Origin: Bacillota bacterium
Lineage (GTDB): Bacteria > Bacillota > Desulfitisporia > Desulfitisporales > JAWSUQ01
Length of the DNA: 29,198 nt
Assembly (NCBI GenBank): GCA_033549265.1
Contig: JAWSUQ010000001.1
Location: 1-29,198, forward strand
Reading direction: 5' to 3'
Below, piece by piece: positions 18,001 to 29,198 of this stretch. The notes below the pieces were generated by a model. The model did not search any database and was not told the origin of the DNA. It saw only the letters and a list, made by a program, of their open reading frames with translations. Made by a program: the position numbers and the translations under genes. Within the stretch, counting starts at the first letter, position 1; each line of letters begins with the position of its first letter.

Positions 18001-21000
18001 TGCCAAAGTACGAAGACATCAAGAAAGTAGTGGTGATTGGATCAGGACCTATTATTATTGGGCAAGCAGCAGAATTTGACTATGCTGGGACCCAAGCCTG
18101 CACCACCCTGCGTCAGGAAGGAATCGAAGTAGTATTAGTTAACTCCAATCCAGCAACAATTATGACTGATATTGATATGGCAGATAAAATTTACTTAGAG
18201 CCGTTAACTAAAGAATTTCTAGTAAAAATAATAGAAAAGGAAAAACCAGATGGACTTTTACCGACTCTAGGAGGACAGGTAGGTCTTAACCTTGCTATGA
18301 AGCTGGCGGAAGAAGGAGACTTAGAAAGACTGGGAGTTAAGCTATTAGGTACCCAGCTAAGCGCCATTAAGAAGGCTGAGGATCGAGAATTATTTAAAAA
18401 AACTATGGAAGAAATACAAGAGCCAATTCCTGAAAGTATGATTGTATCAACAGTAGACCATGCAGTGGCCTTTGCAGACAGCATTGGTTATCCAGTTATA
18501 GTTAGACCAGCCTATACGCTGGGTGGTACAGGCGGTGGAGTGGCTAGTAATAAAGAAGAGCTAATAACAATTGCTAAGTCAGGTATTAGAGCATCGTTAA
18601 TAGAACAAATTTTAGTGGAACGAAGTGTGTCTGGATGGAAGGAAATTGAATATGAGGTCCTTAGAGATAGAAATGATACCTGTATCACCGTTTGTAATAT
18701 GGAAAACATTGATCCAGTTGGGATTCATACTGGCGATAGCATAGTGGTGGCTCCTGCTCAAACCTTAACAGATAGAGAGCACCAAATCCTTAGATCTGCA
18801 GCCATTAAGATTATTAAAGCATTGAAAATCGAAGGGGGCTGTAATGTCCAGTTTGCCTTAGATCCCCACAGCTATAACTACTATGTAATTGAAGTTAATC
18901 CAAGGGTTAGTCGCTCTAGTGCTTTGGCTTCAAAGGCCACAGGATATCCAATTGCCAAAGTAGCTACAAAGATAGCCCTGGGCTATCATCTCGATGAAAT
19001 ATTAAACGAAGTTACTGGCAAAACCTTAGCTTGCTTTGAGCCAAGTTTAGATTACGTTGTTTTAAAAATGCCCCGTTTTCCTTTTGACAAGTTTACTTTA
19101 GCAGATAAAAAGTTGGGGACCCAGATGAAAGCCACCGGAGAAGTGATGGCTATTGGAAGAAACTTCTGCGAAAGCTTGCTAAAGGCTATTCGCTCGCTGG
19201 AACTGGGGTTAAACGGACTACTATGGGCTGAAGGAGCTTTGGATAAAGACACTTTACGGGCGAAGCTAACGGAGACAACAGATAATAGATTGTTCATATT
19301 AGCTGAAGGCATCCGCCAGGGGATAAGCTGTGAAGAAATACACGAAATCACTAAGGTAGATAGGTTTTTCCTCAGCAAGCTTAATACAATTATTTCGTTA
19401 GAACAAGAGCTGGCTCAGGCAAAAGGCAATATTAATTATCAATTGCTGGAAAAGGTAAAGGGACTAGGTTTTTCTGATGAGACTATTAGTACTCTTACTG
19501 GAGTTTCCATTAGTGATATTAAAGGAATGCGTGCCGCTTTTAAGATTAAACCCGTTTATAAAATAGTTGATACCTGTGCTGCAGAATTTAGTGCTGCCAC
19601 ACCTTATTATTACTCTACCTACGAAAAAGAAAATGAAGTAGCTGGCAAACAACAGGACAGCATTTTAGTATTGGGATCGGGCCCCATCAGAATCGGACAG
19701 GGAATCGAATTTGACTATTGCTCAGTCCACTCTGTACAAGCTTTAAAGGAAATGGGCTTTGAAGCAGCTATTATCAATAATAACCCAGAAACTGTAAGTA
19801 CAGATTTTAACATATCTGATCGGCTCTACTTTGAGCCATTAACGGTGGAAAATGTGATGGCGGTTATTGAAGAAGAAAAACCTATTGGTATTATTGCTCA
19901 ATTTGGTGGGCAAACTGCCATTAATCTAGCTGCTCCCCTTGAAGCTCAAGGAATTAAAATTCTTGGAACCTCAGTAGAAGCTATGGACTTAGCTGAAGAC
20001 CGGGAGAAGTTCGAGCAGTTGTTAGAGCAGCTTCACATACCTAGGCCAATTGGTCGCACTGTTACGTCGGTTGAGGGGGCTTTAAAAGCTGGCAACGATA
20101 TTGGTTATCCTGTGTTAGTGCGACCGTCCTACGTTCTTGGTGGCCGAGCTATGGAAATAGTATATTCTGATGAGGAGCTGGCAAACTATATGGCTCAAGC
20201 TGTAAAGGTGTCGCCTCAGCATCCAGTATTGATTGATAAGTACTTGACCGGTATGGAACTAGAGGTAGACGGAATTTGTGATGGTCAAGAGGTCTTAATT
20301 CCCGGAATCATGGAGCATGTAGAGCGAGCTGGAGTCCACTCAGGCGACAGCATGGCTATTTATCCTGCCCCAAATGTAACTAATGAAATTAAAGAGCAAG
20401 TAAAAGCATATACTGAAAAGCTTGCCCAGGGCTTAGGAATAAAAGGCATTTTTAATATTCAATACGTGGTCCATGAGAATCAGGTATACGTGATTGAGGT
20501 GAATCCTCGATCGTCCAGGACTGTACCCTATTTAAGCAAGGTAACAGGAATCCCCATGATTAAAGTGGCTACTAGGATTATTCTTGGTGAAAGCTTGGCT
20601 TCTATGGGATATAAAGCAGGTATAGCACCAGAGCCTAGCTTCTATGCCGTTAAGGCACCTGTATTCTCCTTCGCCAAACTATCATTGGTAGATACTCACT
20701 TAGGACCAGAGATGAAATCTACCGGTGAAGTGCTAGGCTTAGATGAAAACTTGAATCTAGCCCTATATAAAAGTTTAGTAGCTGCTGGACTAACAGTAAA
20801 TACTAAAGGTGGGGTGCTAGTGACAGTGGCTGATAAGGATAAGGTTGAGGCTTTAGAAATAGTTAGAGGCTTTGCACAACTTGGCATGAAGGTTTTTGCT
20901 ACTAGTGGGACAGCTGCCTTTTTAAAGGAAAATGGTATAAAGGCTGAGGTTGTAAAAAAGATTAGAGAAGGAGCACCTAGCTTAGTAGATACAATTAAAG

Positions 21001-21206
21001 AAGAGAAAGTAGACCTAGTTTTAAATACCCTCACAAAAGGAAAAGCCCAAACTCGAGATGGCTTTATGATTAGACGAGCAGCAGTGGAGCATGGCATACC
21101 TTGCTTAACCTCGCTAGATACAGCTAAGGCTTTGTTAAGAGGAATAACTTCTGTTGAAAAGGGAGACCAACTGAATGTAAAGCCACTAAAAGAATATGTG
21201 CAGTAA
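18000..21206 (+). CDS. carB: Carbamoyl-phosphate synthase large subunit
   Basis: [17 protein letters not shown], duplicated ATP-grasp halves, [23 protein letters not shown]-like C-terminus. Confidence 0.98.
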   Translation: MPKYEDIKKVVVIGSGPIIIGQAAEFDYAGTQACTTLRQEGIEVVLVNSNPATIMTDIDMADKIYLEPLTKEFLVKIIEKEKPDGLLPTLGGQVGLNLAMKLAEEGDLERLGVKLLGTQLSAIKKAEDRELFKKTMEEIQEPIPESMIVSTVDHAVAFADSIGYPVIVRPAYTLGGTGGGVASNKEELITIAKSGIRASLIEQILVERSVSGWKEIEYEVLRDRNDTCITVCNMENIDPVGIHTGDSIVVAPAQTLTDREHQILRSAAIKIIKALKIEGGCNVQFALDPHSYNYYVIEVNPRVSRSSALASKATGYPIAKVATKIALGYHLDEILNEVTGKTLACFEPSLDYVVLKMPRFPFDKFTLADKKLGTQMKATGEVMAIGRNFCESLLKAIRSLELGLNGLLWAEGALDKDTLRAKLTETTDNRLFILAEGIRQGISCEEIHEITKVDRFFLSKLNTIISLEQELAQAKGNINYQLLEKVKGLGFSDETISTLTGVSISDIKGMRAAFKIKPVYKIVDTCAAEFSAATPYYYSTYEKENEVAGKQQDSILVLGSGPIRIGQGIEFDYCSVHSVQALKEMGFEAAIINNNPETVSTDFNISDRLYFEPLTVENVMAVIEEEKPIGIIAQFGGQTAINLAAPLEAQGIKILGTSVEAMDLAEDREKFEQLLEQLHIPRPIGRTVTSVEGALKAGNDIGYPVLVRPSYVLGGRAMEIVYSDEELANYMAQAVKVSPQHPVLIDKYLTGMELEVDGICDGQEVLIPGIMEHVERAGVHSGDSMAIYPAPNVTNEIKEQVKAYTEKLAQGLGIKGIFNIQYVVHENQVYVIEVNPRSSRTVPYLSKVTGIPMIKVATRIILGESLASMGYKAGIAPEPSFYAVKAPVFSFAKLSLVDTHLGPEMKSTGEVLGLDENLNLALYKSLVAAGLTVNTKGGVLVTVADKDKVEALEIVRGFAQLGMKVFATSGTAAFLKENGIKAEVVKKIREGAPSLVDTIKEEKVDLVLNTLTKGKAQTRDGFMIRRAAVEHGIPCLTSLDTAKALLRGITSVEKGDQLNVKPLKEYVQ

Positions 21207-21219
21207 AGGAGTGAACTAG

Positions 21220-22008
21220 ATGTGGCAGCAAAGGAACACGGAAATTGTTAAACATGAAGAAATAATGGAAAATCATTTTCTGTTAACATTAATAGCTCCT
21301 GAAATTATAGAGGAGGTAAAACCTGGTCAATTCATTAATGTCAGAGCAACAAAACAGCTTGATCCATTACTGAGAAGACCTATTAGTATTTTCGGAGCAG
21401 ACAGCAGTAAGGGGGAATTAAGCATTGTGTATCGTGTTGTGGGCAGGGGCACTGAAATGCTAAGCAAAAAAAAGGCTGGGGAACTATTAGATATTATTGG
21501 GCCCTTAGGAAACGGCTTTTTACTGCCTCCAAATGACCCTAATCATGTACTAGTTATAGGTGGAGGGATAGGATTGGCTCCGTTGCAATTTCTGGTACGA
21601 ACGCTGATAAATGATGGCCATAAGGTAACCCTGATAGCAGGCTTAAGAAATAAAGAACAGCTGCCTTTATTGGAGCTTTTCCCTAAAACAGGAGTAGAGC
21701 TGATAATTACTACCGATGATGGCAGCTTTGGTAAGCAGGGGATTGTGACAGAGGTTAGTGCTGACCTGTTAAAAGAAAGCAACATTTCAATGTTATACTC
21801 CTGCGGACCGGAAGCAATGCTGGCAGCTGTGGCCAAACAGGCTCATGGCCTTAATATCCCTTGTCAAGTATCGGTTGAACGAACTATGGCCTGTGGTGTG
21901 GGGGCTTGCTTAGGCTGTGTCTGTGAGCTAAAAAAGGATAACGAGCTTAAATATGCCCATGTTTGTCAAGATGGACCTGTTTTTTGGGGAAATGAGGTGA
22001 TCTTTTAA
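21220..22008 (+). CDS. pyrK: Dihydroorotate dehydrogenase electron transfer subunit
   Basis: [51 protein letters not shown]. Confidence 0.96.
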   Translation: MWQQRNTEIVKHEEIMENHFLLTLIAPEIIEEVKPGQFINVRATKQLDPLLRRPISIFGADSSKGELSIVYRVVGRGTEMLSKKKAGELLDIIGPLGNGFLLPPNDPNHVLVIGGGIGLAPLQFLVRTLINDGHKVTLIAGLRNKEQLPLLELFPKTGVELIITTDDGSFGKQGIVTEVSADLLKESNISMLYSCGPEAMLAAVAKQAHGLNIPCQVSVERTMACGVGACLGCVCELKKDNELKYAHVCQDGPVFWGNEVIF

Positions 22009-22931
22009 TGGTTAAGCTGCAGGTGGATTTAGGTGGTATTATTATGAAAAACCCTGTAACCACAGCATCTGGCACATATGGATTTGGACAGGAATATCAG
22101 CATTTAGTACCAGTAGAAAAATTAGGTGCAGTAACTGTAAAAGGATTGACATTAGAGCCTAGGTTAGGGAATAAAGGAGTTAGAATTTGCGAAACTCCTA
22201 GTGGCATGCTTAATTGTATTGGCCTGCAAAATCCAGGTATAAGCTATTTTATAAGTACCATAATGCCTTGGTTGCAGGAGCAGCAGGCTCAGGTAATTGT
22301 TAATATCTCCGGCAACACTATTGATGAATACCGACAGATGGCAGAAGCACTGTCTGTAGTAACAGGGATAGATGGATTAGAAGTAAATATCTCGTGCCCC
22401 AATGTGAAGGCTGGTGGCATGGCCTTTGGTACAGATCCTGAACAAACCTTTAAGGTCATAAGCGCTGTTAAGGAAAATACCCAACTTCCTGTGTTGGCTA
22501 AGCTGTCACCTAATGTAACTGATATTGTAGCGATTGCTAAAGCTGCTGAAGCGGCTGGTGCCACTGGCTTAGCAATGATTAATACCTTGCTGGGGATGGC
22601 AATTGATATTAATAAAAAAAGGCCAATCCTAGGAAATATAATGGGCGGATTATCAGGGCCTGCCATAAAGCCTGTGGCCTTGCGGGCAATTTGGCAAGTA
22701 TCTCAACAGGTATCCCTACCTATTCTAGGAATGGGTGGTATTCTAACCTGGGAAGATGCCATAGAATTCCTTTTAGCAGGTGCTACTGCTGTAGCCGTTG
22801 GTACAGGTAACTTTATTAATCCTATGGCTACCTTAGAAATAATATCAGGGATTGAGAAGTACTGCTTACATAATAATATCTTAGATGTAAATAATTTAAC
22901 CGGCTTAGCCTGGAAGGAGATGCAAAAATGA
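22008..22931 (+). CDS. pyrD: Dihydroorotate dehydrogenase B catalytic subunit
   Basis: [43 protein letters not shown]. Confidence 0.97.
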   Translation: MVKLQVDLGGIIMKNPVTTASGTYGFGQEYQHLVPVEKLGAVTVKGLTLEPRLGNKGVRICETPSGMLNCIGLQNPGISYFISTIMPWLQEQQAQVIVNISGNTIDEYRQMAEALSVVTGIDGLEVNISCPNVKAGGMAFGTDPEQTFKVISAVKENTQLPVLAKLSPNVTDIVAIAKAAEAAGATGLAMINTLLGMAIDINKKRPILGNIMGGLSGPAIKPVALRAIWQVSQQVSLPILGMGGILTWEDAIEFLLAGATAVAVGTGNFINPMATLEIISGIEKYCLHNNILDVNNLTGLAWKEMQK

Positions 22932-23653
22932 AAGCAATTGATCGGCTCATAGTAGCTTTAGATGTATCTACTGCAAGTGAGGCTATTAAAATTATTGATG
23001 CTTTAGAAGACACTGTCAAATATTATAAAGTAGGAATGCAGTTATATAACAGTGTTGGCCCTAAAATGGCAGAGGAATTATTAACAAGGGGTAAAAAGGT
23101 TTTTATTGATTTAAAATTTCACGATATTCCCAATACTGCCTCACAAGCAGGGGCTGTATTTACGCGGATGGGTGTGACTATGTTTAATGTCCATGTAGCT
23201 GGAGGCTATAAGATGATGAAAGCTACAGTGGATACTGCTGCAGAGGTGGCAATAAGTTCAGGGATTGAAAGGCCTAAGATCATTGGAGTTACAGTTTTGA
23301 CGAGTTTAAGTCAAGAGGAATTTAATAATGAGATAGGCTTTAATGGGAAGATAATTGAGAAAGTAAGAGCATGGAGCAGTCAGGCTCAAGAAGCGGGCTT
23401 AGATGGGGTTGTTGCCTCAGCTCAAGAATTGCCAATTATAAGACAGGCTTGTGGACCAGATTTTATAGTAGTTACACCAGGCATCAGGCCAGCTTGGGCA
23501 GCTAGTAATGATCAGCAACGAATAGTAACCCCTAAAGAGGCAATGCAACTAGGAGCTAGTCAGATAGTTGTTGGCCGGCCTATCTACGGTAGTAGTGATC
23601 CCAAGGAGGCTGCTAGAAAAATTTTAGCTGAAATGGAGGAAGGACTATGTTAA
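22928..23653 (+). CDS. pyrF: Orotidine-5'-phosphate decarboxylase
   Basis: [38 protein letters not shown]. Confidence 0.98.
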   Translation: MKAIDRLIVALDVSTASEAIKIIDALEDTVKYYKVGMQLYNSVGPKMAEELLTRGKKVFIDLKFHDIPNTASQAGAVFTRMGVTMFNVHVAGGYKMMKATVDTAAEVAISSGIERPKIIGVTVLTSLSQEEFNNEIGFNGKIIEKVRAWSSQAQEAGLDGVVASAQELPIIRQACGPDFIVVTPGIRPAWAASNDQQRIVTPKEAMQLGASQIVVGRPIYGSSDPKEAARKILAEMEEGLC

Positions 23654-24216
23654 GTGAAGAACGTATTATTGAAATTTTTAAAGAAGCAAAGGCATTAAAT
23701 GAGGGGCATTTTCTATTGACCTCGGGTAAGCATAGCAATCAATATATTCAATGTGCCCAGGTTTTGAGGTTTCCCAATTATACTGAAGAGCTTGGCAAGG
23801 AACTAGGTGATAGATTTAAGGGCCAAGTGGATATTGTTATTGGCCCTGCAATGGGTGGCATTATTGTTGCTTATGAGGTTGCTCGCGCTTTAGGAGTTGA
23901 AGCTATTTTTACAGAGCGGCAACAGGGAGAAATGTTGCTGCGGAGAGGATTTAATATAACTCCAGGACAACGGGTATTGGTAGTAGAGGATGTAATAACC
24001 ACAGGAGGTTCAGTCCAAGAAGTTATTAACATAGTAAAAACTATGGGTGGACAGGTGATTGGTGTAGGTGTATTAGTTGACCGAAGCGGTGGAAGGGCAG
24101 ATTTCGGAGTACAGCTAGAATCCTTACTACAGCTGAACATACCTACTTACGAACCGGAAAACTGCCCACTTTGCGCTACCGGCAGTAAGCCAATAAAGCC
24201 TGGTAGTCGTAATTAA
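23647..24216 (+). CDS. pyrE: Orotate phosphoribosyltransferase
   Basis: GHFLLTSGKHS, GPAMGGI, VVEDVITTGGS, VDRSGG. Confidence 0.98.
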   Translation: MLSEERIIEIFKEAKALNEGHFLLTSGKHSNQYIQCAQVLRFPNYTEELGKELGDRFKGQVDIVIGPAMGGIIVAYEVARALGVEAIFTERQQGEMLLRRGFNITPGQRVLVVEDVITTGGSVQEVINIVKTMGGQVIGVGVLVDRSGGRADFGVQLESLLQLNIPTYEPENCPLCATGSKPIKPGSRN

Positions 24217-24237
24217 TCTATTGATATTTTTTAACGT

Positions 24238-24921
24238 CTAATTAGACCCTAATTGCTTTGCACTAAGATAAAGATTTCCTTGCTCATCAAGACTGGCTAG
24301 GAAAACGTCATCAAAGCCTTGATAACCTTGCTTTTGAATTTGCTTTAGTAACCAGTCTTCCGATACATGGGCTTTTTGAAGATTTTTTTGGGATAAATGA
24401 CCATCAGTTATTAATGCCATAGGTAAGCCTCTGGAAACAGCATTAATAGCCAAATCCTTCTTGGTTACAGGCTCATTTTCTGGCTTTAAAATAATACTGA
24501 GCTTACCGGAAGTTTCTAAAATGGCATACTCTACATCCTCAATACTAGATACATCCTTTTGACGAAGCTGAGCTAATAAATCATTAATATTGAATCTCAA
24601 TTTTCGCATTTCATCCTGTAATATAACACCTTTTTCAATAACTACGCTGGGAGTTCCGTTTATAACGGCCCTCAGCTTTTCACTTTTTAAGCTTATTTTC
24701 GCTAAAATCATTTCAGCTATTACTAAAGTTGCGATAGGAAGAACACCAATATGGAGCGGAATTTCTGTTTTTTCCATTGGAATTGCTGCCAACTCTGCAA
24801 TCATAATGGCCACCACAAGGTCAAAGGCGGATAGTTGGCCAATTTCTCTCTTGCCCATAATTCTAATCATAAATAGAACTGTAAAGTATAAAATTATAGT
24901 TCGGATAAAAGTTTCTGCCAA
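24238..24921 (-). CDS. DUF421 / YetF-family membrane protein
   Basis: RIMGKREIGQLS.FDLVVAIMIAE, GTPSVVIEKG, LLAQLRQK, YAILETSGKLS; start placed at TTG 24921 after GGGAGGTG RBS. Confidence 0.92.
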   Translation of the reverse strand: MAETFIRTIILYFTVLFMIRIMGKREIGQLSAFDLVVAIMIAELAAIPMEKTEIPLHIGVLPIATLVIAEMILAKISLKSEKLRAVINGTPSVVIEKGVILQDEMRKLRFNINDLLAQLRQKDVSSIEDVEYAILETSGKLSIILKPENEPVTKKDLAINAVSRGLPMALITDGHLSQKNLQKAHVSEDWLLKQIQKQGYQGFDDVFLASLDEQGNLYLSAKQLGSN

Positions 24922-25018
24922 TATTTTCACCTCCCTTAGCAGAACTTGCAGGAAAATCAAGTTAACTGTCGAATAATAAAACAAAATTAAAAGTTTTGCC
25001 ATATAAGGGGTGATTTAC

Positions 25019-25195
25019 TTGAAGCCTAATCATAATAATTTTTGTAAAGGCTGTCAATATGATGGTGGTAGTCTCTGCCTATCTAAAACAATCAAAAAAG
25101 AATTGAAGTATCAGAAGTATGTTGATGGTTCTGATATAATATTTCAATTAACATACTGTGGAGAAAGAAAAATAGTTGAAACCGCCACTAGCTAA
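25019..25195 (+). CDS. Hypothetical 58-aa protein with four cysteines
   Basis: AAGGGGTG RBS then TTG 25019; CKGC, SLC, YCG; followed directly by a terminator. Confidence 0.6.
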   Translation: MKPNHNNFCKGCQYDGGSLCLSKTIKKELKYQKYVDGSDIIFQLTYCGERKIVETATS

Positions 25196-25234
25196 AAAAT
25201 CCTTGGTCTTGTCCGATCAAGGTTTTTCTTCTTT
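25196..25234 (+). terminator. Intrinsic terminator after small Cys-rich ORF
   Basis: CCTTGGTC-ttgtcc-GATCAAGG then TTTTTCTTCTTT. Confidence 0.7.
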
Positions 25235-25279
25235 CTATTCACTTCTGTGCATAAGCTTAAGTAGAGAGGTGAAGAGAAA

Positions 25280-25966
25280 ATGAATGTTAAGACACTTGTT
25301 ATGATTCCCATTTTAATGGCTTTTATGATTATCGCTATTCATGCTTCCTTAAATGATGAAAGATTAGTTACTGCAGTAAGTGAAAAGAAGCTCACAGTAG
25401 TTATTGATGCTGGTCACGGCGGTATCGACCCAGGAGCTGTAATTGGCAGTTTTTTGGAAAAGGAAATAAATTTAGCTGTAGCTAAAAACATAAAAACTGC
25501 CTTAGAAGCAAAGGGTTTTCAAGTCATAATGACTCGAGACTCCGATTCTAATTTATTAGAAGTCAGCAATAACAAAATCATTAATAAACAGTTAAATAGC
25601 TTAGCCAATAGATTATCTATTAGTGAAAAGGTGCAGCCGGATGTCCTGGTAAGCATCCATGTAAACAGCAGTGATAGCGCTGCCCACTTTGGACCGCAAT
25701 GCTTTTATAAAGAGGGAGCAATCAAGGGAAAGGAGCTGGCGGAGCTAATTCAACAAAAGCTTACTAATGTTAGAATGGGCAAGCGCATAGCCATTCCAGG
25801 CGATTATTACATGTTGAATAACAGTTCAGTTCCTGCTGTTATTGTAGAGCTGGGCTTTATAACTAATAAAGAGGAAAGGCAGCTTTTAGAGCAGGAAAGC
25901 TATCGGAAGCTATTGGCAGATGCTATTAGTGCCGCCATTATAGAATTTTTGCATCAAGATTCCTAG
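25280..25966 (+). CDS. N-acetylmuramoyl-L-alanine amidase (Amidase_3, CwlD-like) with N-terminal signal/anchor
   Basis: IDAGHGGIDPGA, EKEINL, SIHVNS, VIVELGFITN; all zinc ligands and catalytic Glu present. Confidence 0.92.
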   Translation: MNVKTLVMIPILMAFMIIAIHASLNDERLVTAVSEKKLTVVIDAGHGGIDPGAVIGSFLEKEINLAVAKNIKTALEAKGFQVIMTRDSDSNLLEVSNNKIINKQLNSLANRLSISEKVQPDVLVSIHVNSSDSAAHFGPQCFYKEGAIKGKELAELIQQKLTNVRMGKRIAIPGDYYMLNNSSVPAVIVELGFITNKEERQLLEQESYRKLLADAISAAIIEFLHQDS

Positions 25967-25985
25967 GGATAAGAGGGGGCAAGAG

Positions 25986-27440
25986 ATGGCAAAGCGATTT
26001 ATTAACATTGTAATAGATTCTCTTAACCCAGTAGTGTTAGTGGATTGTATCAATAAAAATAAAACACCTGCTCTGAAATTTTTAGCGGACAATGGAAGAT
26101 TTTCGTTAAAATGTATTTCTTGTTTTCCCACTATGACACCGGTGGCAGCAGCCTCCATTGCCACCGGTTCTTCTGTAGATCAGCATGGTGTAGCGGGCTT
26201 TATCTGGTATAATCAAAGGGAGCAACGGAAAATTAATTATGGAGCTACTAAAAGAGCAGTGGCCCAAATAGGTGTGCTCCAAGTTGTTAATGATCTACTT
26301 TTTTCAATGAATAATAGTCATCTAAATGTAGACACTCCCACTATTTTTGAATTGTTAGAAAACAGACAAATCAGTACAGGGGCAGTGAATTTTTTCTCCT
26401 TTAGAGGTACTACTGAGCATCAAGTGAAAGTGCCTTGGTTAATAAATATTGCTTCAGGCTTTAAATTAAAAGGAAAGATTAATGGACCAAGTCAACTGGT
26501 GTTAGGAAAATTAGTCAACAGCACTAAGGCCTATTTTGATAACTGGCAGAGGAGATTTGGGTTTAACGATTATTATACCTACAAGGCAGCGTTAGCAATG
26601 TTATCAGCAAAAAAACCACCTAGCTTTTTGATGCTGTACTTTCCAGATAACGACAGTTTTTCCCATAAATATGGTCCTTTTAATACCCAAGCTAGCATCA
26701 TGAAGGTAGATAAATATATTGGTGAAATACTTAGTATCTATGGTAGCTGGCATAAGGCTATCAGAGAAAATGTTTTTTTAGTATTAGGAGATCACTCTCA
26801 AAGTCAGATATATAATGATGGCTTGGCCCTAATCGATCTAGATAGGCTAACAAAAGGGCAGAAGGAGTCTGTTGTTATATGCCCTAATGAAAGAATGGCG
26901 TATCTGCATCTATTAAATACAGACCCAGACTGCAGAAGGAATTTGGTTCAGCTATTAGCAAAAGATGATAGGATAGGAATTATTGCCTGGAAGGAAAACA
27001 CCCGCTATTTTGCAACTAATAACGGGTGTAAACAAAAATTGGAATTCTGGTCAGGTGACCAATACTTGTGCTCTGACAAAAAGTGGTGGAATATCAAGGG
27101 TGATATTCAAGTAGTAGACGGTAAGCTTGCTGTCAGTAATGAGACAAAAAGAATTTGCTTTGGTGACTATCCAGCTGCCTTTTCTAGACTCGCTAGCGCT
27201 TTAAATAAAATGCCCCCATCTACCATTATTTTATCGGCCAAATCTGGCTATGAATTTTCTGGCAGTGATGCTCCCACTCATCTAGGAGGTGGGAGTCATG
27301 GATCACTACATAAAGATGACAGCTATGTGCCCTTGATAATTACTGGTTCAGATCTATGGCCTAGCCAGGAGGGGATAGATTATCTACAAGAATTATGGTG
27401 TCAGCATTTTGGTATTAATCATCCAACCCTAAAGCCATAA
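25986..27440 (+). CDS. Alkaline phosphatase superfamily, NPP-type phosphodiesterase
   Basis: IVIDS, FPTMT nucleophile Thr, D.FSHKYG, GDHSQ, GSHG metal ligands. Confidence 0.88.
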   Translation: MAKRFINIVIDSLNPVVLVDCINKNKTPALKFLADNGRFSLKCISCFPTMTPVAAASIATGSSVDQHGVAGFIWYNQREQRKINYGATKRAVAQIGVLQVVNDLLFSMNNSHLNVDTPTIFELLENRQISTGAVNFFSFRGTTEHQVKVPWLINIASGFKLKGKINGPSQLVLGKLVNSTKAYFDNWQRRFGFNDYYTYKAALAMLSAKKPPSFLMLYFPDNDSFSHKYGPFNTQASIMKVDKYIGEILSIYGSWHKAIRENVFLVLGDHSQSQIYNDGLALIDLDRLTKGQKESVVICPNERMAYLHLLNTDPDCRRNLVQLLAKDDRIGIIAWKENTRYFATNNGCKQKLEFWSGDQYLCSDKKWWNIKGDIQVVDGKLAVSNETKRICFGDYPAAFSRLASALNKMPPSTIILSAKSGYEFSGSDAPTHLGGGSHGSLHKDDSYVPLIITGSDLWPSQEGIDYLQELWCQHFGINHPTLKP

Positions 27441-29181
27441 ACCAGGGATCGTTTGCTTTGGTAAATACTGTTTGCTCATTTGTATAAATAACCATTCCTG
27501 GCTTGGCTCCACTGGGCTTTTTGACAAACTTTACTTTAGTATAGTCAACAGGGACTTGACTTGAATGAGCTGCCTTACTGAAATAGGCCGCTAAAAGGGC
27601 GGCTTCGTATATAGTTTGATGGGGTACGCTGAGCCCCTCAGTTTTTATTATTACATGAGCACCAGGTATGTTTTTTGTATGAAGCCAGATATCTTCTTTT
27701 TGACTATTTTTTAAGGTGAGCCAATCATTTTGTTTATTATTTCTACCTACTAGAACCTTAAAGCCATCACTTGAAGTAAATTCTAAGGGACTAAGGGGAG
27801 CTATTTGCTCCCTCTTTTTCTGGGCATCTGGTTTTGATGGGGTTAAGTAACCTTGTTCTGTTAACTCTAGCTTTATTTCAGCTAAATCAGCTATTGTCTG
27901 ACACTGGGTGATAAAGGCTTTGATTGACTCCAGGTAGGACTGGTTTTCTTCCCCAATACATATTTGTTGGGTAAGATTAGCAATAGTTTTTTTGCTCTTA
28001 TTGTAGCTTTTAAAATAAGCTTGGGCATTATCAGCAGCCGTATGATTAGGATCTAGCTCTATCTCAATTGTGGGCATATCTGGGTCAAAATAATTAATTA
28101 CAGATACTTTAGCTGCCCCTAAAGGTATTTGATATATATTGTTAGTTATCAGCTGTCCTTTCACCTTATCTGCTTCACACTCAAGAGCTGATGTTAATTC
28201 ATTATACTGTAGATTAAGCTTAGCTGTAACTTTATCTATTTCTTGGTCTGCTTTTTGCAAAAGACTATTTTTTAATTGAACAAATCTATCTAAGTTATCT
28301 TTAGCAAGATAAAAGGTATCAGCGGTAATGTTTAAAGTTTCAAAATACTCCAAAATACCTAAATTAAGATGAGTTAAGGCAATAGATGAGAAAGCTACCA
28401 GCTTTCTTTTTTCTGTGTATATGCAGGGGCTGAAATTTCCAGAGGTTATTATTTGCTGCAATCCGGCCAGGTTTTGAGATAGTTTCCTTATCTCCGTTAA
28501 GCCACATAAGTCAGATTTGACAGACAAAGGGATACCACTGCGAAAAACCATTTCTGTCGCAATTAAAGGGCTGATTCCTTGAATATTTTGAACTAAGAGC
28601 TTTGTCAGTTTAATACTGTCAGCTGACATTATCATACTAGCTAGTCGATCTTCGTCTATTTCAACTAGGTTTGATTTTCCCTGAGATGGAGGATCTATAT
28701 AGGCCCTACCAGGTAATACTTCTCTAAAGCGACTAATACTATGGCTGACGCGTTTAATAGAATCGATAATCTTTCCATCATTATCCAAAAGGATAATGTT
28801 ACTATGTTTTCCCATGAACTCACATACTAAGGTTCTTCCTTCTAAATCTCCCAGTTCGGTATAGGTGGAAAAATGTATTCTGACCACTCGCTCAAGACCA
28901 GGTTGGCTGATGCTGTTAATCTTTCCTCCATTAAGGTGCTTCCGCAACACCATACAGAATAAAGGAGGATGAAGGGGGTTAGTTTTTTTCTCGCTAGTTA
29001 AATGGATGCGGCTGTTATTTGGGTCACTAGATATTAGCAGCTGATAATTTTCGCCTTGGTTTCTGATTAAAAAAATTAACGTATGAGATTCAGGCTGGTG
29101 AACCTTTTCCACCTTTCCTTGGACTAGCTTGCCTGTTAATTCTTGGCAGATACCGTTTATAAATATGCCATCAAAGGACAT
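27415..29181 (-). CDS. rqcH: RqcH (FbpA/NFACT family) ribosome quality control factor
   Basis: MSFDG, FCMVLRKHL, EFMGKHSNIIL, NAQAYFKSYNK, VGRNNKQND, WLHTKNIPGAHV, AKPGMVIY; start ATG 29181 after AAGGTG. Confidence 0.96.
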   Translation of the reverse strand: MSFDGIFINGICQELTGKLVQGKVEKVHQPESHTLIFLIRNQGENYQLLISSDPNNSRIHLTSEKKTNPLHPPLFCMVLRKHLNGGKINSISQPGLERVVRIHFSTYTELGDLEGRTLVCEFMGKHSNIILLDNDGKIIDSIKRVSHSISRFREVLPGRAYIDPPSQGKSNLVEIDEDRLASMIMSADSIKLTKLLVQNIQGISPLIATEMVFRSGIPLSVKSDLCGLTEIRKLSQNLAGLQQIITSGNFSPCIYTEKRKLVAFSSIALTHLNLGILEYFETLNITADTFYLAKDNLDRFVQLKNSLLQKADQEIDKVTAKLNLQYNELTSALECEADKVKGQLITNNIYQIPLGAAKVSVINYFDPDMPTIEIELDPNHTAADNAQAYFKSYNKSKKTIANLTQQICIGEENQSYLESIKAFITQCQTIADLAEIKLELTEQGYLTPSKPDAQKKREQIAPLSPLEFTSSDGFKVLVGRNNKQNDWLTLKNSQKEDIWLHTKNIPGAHVIIKTEGLSVPHQTIYEAALLAAYFSKAAHSSQVPVDYTKVKFVKKPSGAKPGMVIYTNEQTVFTKANDPWFMALGLDD

Positions 29182-29198
29182 TAGCTTCACCTTTTCTT

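Noticed and set aside
28810-28900. RqcH motifs read ER and EFM where B. subtilis has DR and EIM
   Set aside because: Conservative substitutions that I recall as common in clostridial RqcH; no basis for altered tRNA specificity

Overview
A low-GC Firmicute chromosomal segment, inferred to be from a spore-forming Clostridia-class organism. Most of it is housekeeping synteny: 3' end of ileS, ACT/UPF0210 pair, DUF5665, yteA-type TraR/DksA, lspA, rluD, a pyrR-pyrB-pyrC-carA-carB-pyrK-pyrD-pyrF-pyrE operon with two PyrR attenuators, DUF421, a CwlD-like amidase, an NPP-family phosphodiesterase and rqcH. The standout is an apparent 8.6 kb operon (670-9265) between the ileS terminator and a terminator after motB. 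It encodes an atypical MurE, an AsnB amidotransferase, an Asl-type D-aspartate ligase, a Weissella-FemX-like tRNA-dependent transferase, a membrane-anchored C39-like cysteine peptidase interrupted by a T9 tract, an aspartate racemase, a 70-aa orphan and an orphan MotB with an altered peptidoglycan-binding motif. I read it as a self-contained kit for an alternative peptidoglycan stem and cross-bridge (L-amino acid plus D-Asp/D-Asn). No rRNA, tRNA, CRISPR array, integrase or transposase was seen. Family assignments come from motif recognition and recall of reference proteins; no database search was run.
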